NCBI RefSeq assembly: GCF_000372725.1
Contig: NW_005202428.1
Coordinates: 1,845,331 to 1,909,330, forward strand
Length of the DNA: 64,000 nt
DNA from: Emiliania huxleyi CCMP1516
Taxonomy: Eukaryota
Reading direction: 5' to 3'
Shown one piece after another: positions 54,960 through 64,000 of this stretch (the first letter of the stretch is position 1; each line of letters opens with the position of its first letter). Under the pieces are notes generated by a model, which searched no databases, was not told the origin of the DNA, and saw only the letters and a list, made by a program, of their open reading frames with translations. A program made the position numbers and the translations under genes.

Positions 54960-57757
54960 TGACGGCGGTGACGGCAGTGGCGGCGGCCACGCTGGAAGCG
55001 GCTCAGCCGCCGGCGGTGGCCGCAGCGAGGAGGCGGCGTCGCGCTCGGAGGCGCCCCGCGGGACCAAGCGCAGCCGGGCCGTCCCGCACGGGGGAGTGCC
55101 GCGGGAGGGAGCAGCGAAGGCGCGGGCTCTGGCCGGACGGGGGAAGGGGGATGCGGCGGCGGAGTCAGAGACGGAGGAGGAGGAGGAGGAGGCAGAGGTG
55201 GGGCAAGAGGAGCAGCGGTCGCTTCCTCCGCAAGCGACTGCAAAGCGGGTGACGGCGCCGGCGCCGGAGTCCGCCGCAGCGACCGCCGCAGACGTGGCGG
55301 GGGAGGCGGAGGGTGCGGGAGGAGAGGTGGCGGCAGAGGCGGCCGCCGACGCCGTCATGGAGGACGTGGGCCAGCGCGAGGGCGAAGCGGCGGAGGAGGG
55401 CGAGGCGGCGGAGGCGGCGGACGGGGACAGCGGCGGCGGCGACGGGCGGGAGGCGGGCGGGCGGGGAGCTTCCTCCAGCGACGCGCCCGGAGGCGGCAGG
55501 TCGATCGCCGACGGGCCAGGCAGTGGGGGTGCGGGCACTGCGGGGGCGCCGGACGGCTCTCGCCCGTCGCGCAGGGAAGCGTCGCGAAGCAGGTCGCCGT
55601 CAGGGGACTGCTCGGCTGCCCCTGCCCGGCGCTCCCCGCCGCCGGCAACGGCGCTGGCGCCGACAACGGCTCCGGCGCCGCGCGAGCCGAGTACCACCAA
55701 GCCTCGCGCGGAGGGAAGGGGGCGTCGACAGGCGAGGGAGAGGGAGGAGGGGTCGGCGGAGCCGGAGTGCTCAGAGGCAGCGCCGGAGGCGGGGGCGGCG
55801 GCGGACGAAGAGGCGGCGCCAGAGACGGACGGGTTGCTCGAAGCTTCGCTGGTCGAGGCGCTCTTCACGCAGCTGCGCGAGCTGCAAGAGGCGTCCGCCG
55901 AGGAGGAGCGCTCGCCGCTGCAGACGCTGCAGACGGCCTGCACCATCTTTTCGCAGCAGATAGCGGCGTGCGGCTCGGCGGAGCCTCCCGCGGCGGCGGC
56001 AGCGGCGCCGGGGGAGGGCGCTGATGAGGGGGGCGTCGTGCCAACCGTGGTGAGGTGCGCGTCGCGCTACATCAAGGGCTGGCTGAGCCGTCACGGCGGC
56101 GACGAGGCGACGGTCTATGAGCCGGAGATTGAGGCGCCCCTCGCGGCTTGCGGCTTCGACTGGCAGCGCGAGGCGTTCGAGACGCCTCCGGACGCCGCCG
56201 CGGTGAGCGACGCCTTCGCAGACCTCGCCCGCACGCTGCTCTCGCGGGTCCCGGCGCCGCCGGCGGAGGGAGCCGCGCCCCAGCCCGCTGGCACCGGCCG
56301 CTTTGGCGGCCGAGGCGCCGCCGGGCGTGGCAGGCGCCGCCCGCCCGCCCCTCCCGCTCCCGCCGCCCGGCCGGCGGCGGCGGCCGACGCGGAGACGGCC
56401 TTGCCGCCGCTCTCGATCGCGCGTGACATTGGCGTCGCTTTCGACATGGAGTCCTTCAGCGCGCAGTATGCGCTCGCTTGCTGTGCCGCCGGCGGCGGAG
56501 GCGACGCGGCGGGTGCGGGTGCGAGCCTCGGCCCCGGCGGGCGGCTCGACTCTGGCCCGGCTGGCGGCGCGAGCCCGAGCGTGCCGAGCTCGAGCGTGCC
56601 GAGCTCGAGCGTGCCGAGCGCAGGGAGCCTCGAGGCCGCGACCCGGGCGGCGGGCCGCGCGGCGGCGGAGAGCGAGGTGGAGGGCGAGCTGCGCCGCGTG
56701 CTGCCGAAGGCTGACTTTCGCACGATGGAGGCCGCGAGCCAGCAGAGAGTCGCAGAGAGTCGCAGAGAGTCGCAGAAGTCCGTGCGAGGGCTCTTGCTCC
56801 ACTTCCAAGCGCTTCCCACAGCCTGCCAACCTCCCCCTCCCCAAAACCCACCCACTCGCCGCCACCACCGCCACCACCACCCACAGCCTGACCCCCACCC
56901 CCCGCCAATCGCAGGTGCTCGGCCAGTTCAACTTGGGCTTCCTGATCACGCGCCGCGGCGACGACCTCTTCATCGTCGGCCAGCCTAGACCTTTGCATTC
57001 CGACGGGCACTCGAGACGACACGTACTCGTACTCTCGGTCGTATTCGTAGCCCCATCACTCACGCGATGCTCCGAGTGCACTGCACGGGACCGTGTTCGC
57101 GCCCCGACTCTGGCGCGTTCATGACGCAGGTCGACCAGCACGCCGCCGACGAGAAGTTCCGGTTCGAGAACCTGCAGCGCTCGACCAAGCTGCACACGCA
57201 GCGGCTCATCCGGCCGCTGCCTCTCCACCTTACCGCCGTGGACGAGCTCACGGTACGAGATCGCCCGAGATCGCCCGAGATCGCCGATGACGAGCTCGCG
57301 GCGCCCGCGCCAGCCCCCCCCCCCCCCTCCCCCTTTCCCTCAGGTGATCGAGCACCTGCACATCTTCAAGGACAACGGCTTCGAGGTGCAGGTCGTGCAA
57401 GACGCGCGGCCGACCGAGCGGCTGCGTCTCCTCACCCTCCCCTTCTCCAAGCACACCGTCTTTGGCGTGGCCGACGTGCACGAGCTCATCGCGCTCCTCA
57501 CCGAGGCGCCCGGCGCCCACGCGCGCCTCCCGAAGCTGCGCGACATGTTCGCCTCGCGCGCCTGCCGCGGCGCCGTCATGATTGGCACCGCGCTCGAGCC
57601 GCAACGGATGCGCACCATCGTCTCCAACCTCGCCGGCCTCGACCAGCCGTGGAACTGCCCGCACGGGCGGCCCACGCTGCGCCACCTGATCGACCTGTCA
57701 AGCCTGGGTGGCACGGCCGCGGCGAGGTCGTTCCGCTCTTTCGAGCCAACAGGTTAG
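52978..57757 (+). CDS. PMS2: Mismatch-repair endonuclease PMS2 (yeast/plant PMS1), MutL family (multi-exon, spans a gap)
   Basis: KELVENALDAGA, DNGRGI, HHTSKL and SFGFRGEALSSL; C-terminal GQFNLGF, DQHAADEK, ASRACR and WNCPHGRP. Confidence 0.93.
54074..54173. other. Assembly gap (100 N)
   Basis: Run of N. Confidence 1.
56975..57129 (+). mobile_element. Introner-like intron, family 1 copy D (GT-AG)
   Basis: GTCGGCCAG-CCTAGA...ATGACGCAG|GTCGACCAG. Removal restores the conserved DLFI|VDQHA. Confidence 0.82.
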
Positions 57758-57831
57758 GAATCGTGATCGGGACCCCGGAGCTTCTGGTCTTGCTAAACCT
57801 GTCTTTGAAGGGGGCTTGAGACGATGTCCAA

Positions 57832-57937
57832 AGAGTAATGGAAATCTCTGCGCAAGACCAGTAGATCGTTGGGGTAGAGATAGTAGAGTAATGGAAATCT
57901 CTGCGCAAGACCAGTAGATCGTTGGGGTAGAGATAGT
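57832..57937 (+). repeat. Tandem repeat, 2 x 53 bp
   Basis: AGAGTAATGGAAATCTCTGCGCAAGACCAGTAGATCGTTGGGGTAGAGATAGT occurs twice. Confidence 0.95.
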
Positions 57938-58246
57938 AGATTAAGACTGGAGATCCTAGCGGATCTCTCACACGGACACGCCCAAGTCTCGCCAGTAGAT
58001 CCGTCCTGTCCGGTTCCCCATTCAAGACTAAAGATCGAAGATTGAGATTGTGGATTGCAGATCGCTCTGAGCAGCAACAGGGCCAAAATGTGGAGATAGG
58101 AGATGGAGAATGCAGATTGTAGATCCTAGCGCCCAGCCATCCGCCCCAGATGTGAGATCGAAGATTGAAAATGGAGGTCGTAGATTGCTGCCGGCGGCGA
58201 CAGTGGCCAAGTAGAAGATTGGAGATTGGAGATGAGAGATGGTCAG

Positions 58247-59741
58247 TGTGAATGAATCCAAATTGCATCTCCTTGAAGGTTTGAGCCCCCCTCCTCCCCC
58301 CGGGCCCCCGAATCGAGATTGGAGATTGGAGATTGGAGATTGAGATCGGAGATCTGATCCGGCCTAAGATGACGACGTTGGAGATTGGAGATTGAAGATG
58401 GAGATCGGAGATCTGACTGGATCCCCGGCCTAAGATGACGACGCTGTGGATTAGAGAATATTGGAGATGGGGAGATCGGAGCCCACCCACCCCCTAGAGC
58501 CTAGTGGTGTTGATAGATGTTTTATAGATTTTTGTTTTTTCCTGTGGTCTGTGCGCGGACGGCCCGGGGAGCCTGCGGCGCCATTTTAATCTGCGCTCCT
58601 CTTTATGGCCTGCGGCGCCTGGCTTGAGCTTGGAAGTGTAAACGAGTCCGCCAGGGCGGTCTGCAAACGGAGCGCGCTGCGCGCGCGGTCTATGTACGCG
58701 GCCTATGCCGCACTAGACCATTTGCCCAGTTGGCACCCTGAACCCTGATTCCGCCCCCCGTTCGCCGTCCAAACCTTCGCACCACCTCCCCTTCTCGGTT
58801 CTCTGTCACCTATCCCTCCCCTCCCACTCTCTTTCCCCCCTTCCTTACCTTCCCTTCCATCCCCCATCTTCATTCCTTCCTCTCCTTCTTCTTACCTTCC
58901 CTCCTCCCCCACCTCTCCACCTTCGTCTCTTCTCCTCTCTCCCCCCCCTCTCTTTCACCTTTCCCTTNNNNNNNNNNNNNNNNNNNNNNNNNNNNNNNNN
59001 NNNNNNNNNNNNNNNNNNNNNNNNNNNNNNNNNNNNNNNNNNNNNNNNNNNNNNNNNNNNNNNNNNNTGCTGTCTGGCCAGTGGGTGGTCGCGTCCTCCT
59101 GGCTCCGCGCTTCCTCGGCGCGGCCCGGCTGGGTGGCGGAGGAGGAGCACGAGGTACGGGCCTCTCGGCTAGCCTCGGCTAGCTTCGGCCTCACTTCGCC
59201 TAGCCTCGGCCAGCCTCGGGCTCACCTCGGGCTCTTCTCGCGAGGTGCACGGCGACAACTCGTCCATCTCCGCCGTCAGCGGCCTCGGCGCCGGAGGCCC
59301 TCGCAGGGGAAGGCGAGAGGCAGCCGAGAGGCAGCCGAGAGGCAGCCGAGGCACCGGAGGCCCCCCCTGGGGAATACCCCCAGGGGAAGAGGATGCCAGC
59401 GAGGGGGCGGCGCCACGCCGCTCTGTTCTTGCCGTCCGCGCACAGACCTTTATCTAAAAACAAAACAAAAAAATCGATGAGACACCACTAGGGGCTGGGG
59501 GGCTCCGATCTCCATCTCTCCAGTACTCTCCAATCTCCAGCGTCGCTATATCTTAGGCCGGATCCAGTCAGATCTCCGATCTCCATCTTCAATCTCCAAT
59601 CTCCAACGTCGTCATCTTAGGCCGGATTCAGTCAGATCTCCGATCTCCATCTCCAATCTCCAATCTCCACTGTCGATTCGGGGGCCCGGGGGAGGAGGGG
59701 GGCTCAAACCTTCAAGGAGATGCGCTATGGACTCATTCACA
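58247..59741. repeat. Large inverted repeat of GGAGATT-rich element (arms ~58247-58563 and ~59431-59741)
   Basis: The arms align as reverse complements over ~310 bp; the spacer contains a pyrimidine tract and a gap. Confidence 0.85.
58968..59067. other. Assembly gap (100 N)
   Basis: Run of N. Confidence 1.
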
Positions 59742-60621
59742 ATGCAAAAGGATCTCCACCCTCTTTTCGCGCCATTTTGCAATCTCCAGTCGGCCCACAC
59801 GATCTCTAGGCGCCTTTGGCGCGAAGTCAGAATCTCCACCTCTGTTGCAAGATCTCAAGCGACTGCACGCACCAAACGCGAGATCTCAGACTCCTCTCGA
59901 GCTTGGCCTAAGCACAATATTCTCGAATATCTCCGAGAATATAGATGGTCCCGCGCACTTTCGTATTCGAGAATATTCTCGAGAATATAGATGCCCCGGC
60001 GCGGCTTTTTCTCAAGAATCTATGAGTTTTCTTCAGCCCTTGACCTTGGTTGACCTCGAGTCTCAAGATATTCTTGAATATTCTCGCCGTTACATCGCGG
60101 CGTCTAGAACGGTCTTGACTAGAGCTTCTCGAAACAGCTCTTTTGCCCCCTCAAAAGTAGGTTTTGGGTCGATGCAGACGGAAATCTTTAAGTTTTGGAC
60201 GTTCCTGAGCGGTTTGGGAGCACAAACCTCTACTTTAGAGCGATTTTTGGCGTCCGCTGACCTCTCGCGTGGTGAAAATATTCTCAATATTCGAGAATAT
60301 TCTCGAGAATATAGATGGTCTGGCGAGAATATAAGCAAAAGAATATAGATAGTACTTGGCGAGAAAAACGTGCTTAGGCTAATCTCGATCGAGCATCTAC
60401 ACCGGAGAAGATTTGCCTCCAGCAGTTCTTCAATCTACTGCAGCTCTTGGCAGGAGATTTGCCACTTAAGAGATCTCTAAAAGGCATCTACGATCTACAG
60501 TCCAAGGATCTTCCGATGTTGCGCAGAGATTTCCATGTATGTGTCCAAAAAAGAAAAACTCGGCCATCAGCCCAAGATGCGCTGATTGCGAAGTGAAGGG
60601 CGACTGTCTCGCTACTAGCTG

Positions 60622-63568
60622 ATGGTCCTCATCCCTACCAGCCGCTCCACGCACTCTCCGCCGCCCGCCCGCCCTCCCGTCCGCCGGCCCGTCTCCCACC
60701 TCGACCTCGAGCCGCCTGAGCCGCGCCCCGCCGAGGACGAGTGCGAGGTGGTCCCAGAGGAGCCGCTGCTCGTCTCACAGCTGCGCTGCGAGCTGCGCTG
60801 CTGGGAGCGCGGCGTGGGATTCCGGCGGCGTCTCTTCGGGCGGCAGATTCGCAACACCGTGCGCCGGCTCCCCGACTGGTTTGTCGCCCTCGCGATCACG
60901 ACGCACCTGCTGGTCGTCCCGGTTGCCATCCGCGGCGTCGAGCTGCTGAAGCCGACGGTCGAGGTGCGGCTGGCGGACCGCGCGGTCCGCGACGTCCGGC
61001 AGAGCACCTTTGAGGCCATCTGGGGGCTCGTCGAGGCGATGCACTACTCCCCGACCTCGGCTTCGGGAGATGAGAGGTGGGAGAGGTGGGGGGACCGGCT
61101 CGGGGAGGCGATCGGCGGGGAGGAGCCTTCGATGCGGTCGGCGGTGCGGTCGGAGGTTGCCTTCGGCTCGCTCGCCTCGAGGCTCCTCACCGCGCTCGAC
61201 GACCCGTATTCGCTCTACGCCGGCCCCGACACGCTCGCCGCGCTACCGCCCGCACTGCCCGCTCGAAGCAGCGCTTCGCTGCCCGCGGGGCTGTCGGTGA
61301 GGCCGCACTCGGCGGATGGAGCGGGCGAGCGGCTGTACGCAGTGGGCCACTATAGTGGGTCTCTTCACCACGCGCCTCCTCCCCCCTCGACTCCTCCCCC
61401 CTCGCGGGAGGCGGCCTCCGCCGTCCTGNNNNNNNNNNNNNNNNNNNNNNNNNNNNNNNNNNNNNNNNNNNNNNNNNNNNNNNNNNNNNNNNNNNNNNNN
61501 NNNNNNNNNNNNNNNNNNNNNNNNNNNNGTTGCAACGTCCGAATAGTGGTGTGTCTAAGCTCTGCCGGCAGAGGCGCTGCGCTCGGCCCTCGAGGTGCCT
61601 TGTAGGCGTCAGTAGAGGGGAGAAGGAGCGCTCTCCCTCGGAAGGGAGAGTCCCTCGGGAGAGGTCGCGCGAGCCGCGCGGCGTGCGCGTGCCGGCTGGA
61701 GCGACAGCCGGGGCACTCCCCCGCAACTGTGATTCCGTCATGGAGACGCGCCGGCGCCCTGCCCCTCTGCAACAGTCAGCTGCGAGCCGGTCGCCTCAGG
61801 CATATACAGATATCGCACCCGCCGGACGCGTCCTCTCGTGCAGGTGCGCGCCTCGGGCAGCGAGCTGCGGCTGCTGCGAGAGCGGGACGCCGCCGCCTCC
61901 TCCTCCTCCTCCTCCTCCTCCGCCTCCTCCGCCTCCTCCGCCTCCTCCTCGAGTGCCGAGTGGGTCTCTCTGCGCCACCCGTCAGCCGGCGAGGAGGCGG
62001 GGGAGGAGGCGGCGGCGGGGTGGGTCCGCTCGCGTGCGCTCGGCGGCGGGCGCGCTCCTAGCCACATCTCTCCAGCCACCGGCTAGCATCCGTGGGGGCC
62101 CTCTCACCCGCCGTCGGAGCAGGCCGAGGGGCGAGGGGCGAGGGGTGGGACACACGAGGTGGGCGACGTGCAGGTCCGCCCCCTCCGGCCGGCTCACCCC
62201 ACTCCTCGACTCACCACGCAGGCGCGTGGGCTACGTCAGGATCGGCCAGTTCACAGAGCGAGGCACCGCCGAGCTCACCGCCGAGTTGCAGCGCTTGCGA
62301 TCGTCGGGTGCACGACTCTTCCCGCCTCGACACCCCTCCCCAGCAGACGCGCCGCTCATCCACACCTCCCCCGCCCGCCGACGCGTCCATGACACGTCCA
62401 CGACGTGCGCCCCTCAGGGGCCGACCGCCTCGTCCTCGACTTGCGCAACAATCCCGGTGCGCTTGCCCTGCCCCTGCCCCCTTCTCCGCCTCGGAAGCCG
62501 TCTTCCGACCGGTCCCCAACCCCCTCCCCCCCGGCGCATGCAGGCGGGCAAGTCACCGAGGCGCTCGCGCAGGCGTCGCTGCTGCTGCTCGACTCGGACG
62601 CGGGCGCCGACGCGACGGTCGCGTACACAGTCGACGCGGCCGGTCGCGTCGAGAGGCACAGTGTCTGGCGCCGTGCTCCGTGCCGAGACCCTTCCCTGAA
62701 GCCGACCGCAACCTCCCTGCAGGCACACCGCGGGCGCCATCCTGCACGCTGCCGCCAACGACGCCGCCGCAGACGGGCGCGCGATTGCTGACGGGCGCGC
62801 GGCTGCCGACGCGGCTGCCGACGCGGCTGCCGACGCGGCTGCCGACGCGGCGGGCGACCGCGGCGGTGCGGTGGGCGACGCGGAGGCGACCCTGTTTGGG
62901 GCGCCACTCGTCGTGTTGATTGACCGCGGGAGAGCAGAGCCTAGATGCGGAAGACATCTCTTCGCGTTCGAGCTAGCGCTCAAGCCGACACGGATCCGGC
63001 TCCTTTCCACTCTATGCTCGAGCCGAATTCAGCTGTATCTGTAGCGCCTCGTATTCACGCAGTGCTCCGAGTCCACTGGACGAGGCCGTACTCCCGCCCC
63101 GGCGCTGGTCTGTTGATGGGCTCTGGCCTGTTCGTGCCGTAGGACAGCGAGCGCGGCGGAGCTCTTCGCCGCAGCGCTGCATGACAACGGGCGCGTGATG
63201 TGTCGTCGGGGAGGCCGCGTGTCTGGAGCCGTGCCCGAGCCTCGCCGGAGCCTCTCTGTAGGCGCGGCGTGCTCGTTGGGGAGCACACCTTCGGCAAGGG
63301 GCTCATCCAGCGCGTCTTTCCGATGCCAAACGGCGGCGCGCTCAAGCTGACCGTCGGCGAGTACATGCGCCCCACTCTGGCGCCGATCGAGCCGGGCGTG
63401 GGACTCGAGCCCGACCTGCCCTGCCTCGACACCCCACGCGGCGCCGCGGAGCCGGTCGATGCTTGCGTTGATATGGCGGTGAGCGTGGTTCGGGGACGCG
63501 CCCTAAAGGCGGTGCGGCCGCTGGCGAGGCTCCCGCTGCTCAGGACGGTGCGGCCGCTCGCCGAGTAG
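60622..63568 (+). CDS. ctpA: C-terminal processing peptidase, S41 family (multi-exon, spans a gap)
   Basis: LDDPYS, VGYVRIGQF, LVLDLRNNPG, PLVVLIDRG|TASAAE (catalytic Ser), TFGKGLIQ (Lys) and GLEPD. Confidence 0.88.
61429..61528. other. Assembly gap (100 N)
   Basis: Run of N. Confidence 1.
62930..63142 (+). mobile_element. Introner-like intron, family 1 copy E (GA-AG)
   Basis: GAGAGCAGAG-CCTAGA...GTGCCGTAG|GACAGCGAG. Removal restores the catalytic motif DRG|TASAAE. Confidence 0.78.
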
Positions 63569-64000
63569 GGGGTGCGGGTGGCGCGTGAGGGAGCGATTGT
63601 GCGTCGCCATGTCATGGCGAGCCCATAGACGTTGCGAGTGAGCGATGCTCGCTCGCTTTTGAGTTAACTTTTGTATACTTTGGCGTAGCAGCAAACAATA
63701 AAAAACGTGTTCTATTACCGCGAGGTCGCTGCGCCGTGCGCGGCTATCGCGGCTTGTACATGCATCCTTGACGAGGTGGTCGCTGAGGCGCGCGTGCGAC
63801 AACGCAAGATGGACAACATCCTTGTTCGCACTGTGTTCGGTTGTTGAATGTTGTTGTTCCATCTTCAGCACGCACAAGGGGGCGAGGGCCGAGCCGCCGC
63901 CCCGCAGCTTCTGATCTCTCCAGCATGTGGATCTAGCGACTACTGGTATCAGTGGCGGGGGCGCGCGGTAAGCACTAAGCTGCCCATTGACAGGCCCGGG

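Noticed and set aside
54724..56988. 754-aa ORF as an independent gene
   Set aside because: It lies between the PMS2 N- and C-terminal exons on the same strand and ends in the LPKADFRTME motif leading into the MutL C domain.
57832..60350. CRISPR-like array in the 53-bp tandem and GAGAATAT repeats
   Set aside because: No constant repeat with unique equal-length spacers, no cas genes, and a eukaryotic context.
63600..64000. Short ORFs at the window end
   Set aside because: No recognisable motifs; may belong to a gene outside the window.

Overview
This is GC-rich, intron-containing eukaryotic DNA from a draft assembly with three 100-N gaps. Very high GC, GC/GA-AG introns with exon-echoing boundaries, introns filled with 10-11 bp tandem repeats and plastid-type genes point to a haptophyte such as Emiliania (Gephyrocapsa) huxleyi; the organism is an inference. 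About 18 genes or gene remnants can be supported: DUF6816-like, renalase-like FAD oxidoreductase, ankyrin, FSH1 hydrolase, a large SF1 helicase, LpxC, a membrane protein with an NTF2-like domain, a secreted beta-prism-like+SAM protein, a ShKT-repeat protein, a frameshifted ABM protein, a SNF2-PHD-MBD remodeller, a Na+/H+ antiporter, a desaturase fragment, GH5, DUF3326, prolyl 4-hydroxylase, PMS2 and CtpA. There is also a Copia RT-RNase H remnant and several non-autonomous repeats. Two observations stand out. (1) Five related introns in four unrelated genes behave like intron-generating transposons: CCTAGA...CGYAG flanked by an 8-9 bp duplication that supplies a GT, GC or GA donor. (2) An intron-rich gene has the layout of bacterial SF1-helicase + Vsr-like nuclease proteins (an antiphage-associated architecture), with an apparently inactivated nuclease. 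Gene spans include introns, and exon limits were read by eye without RNA data.
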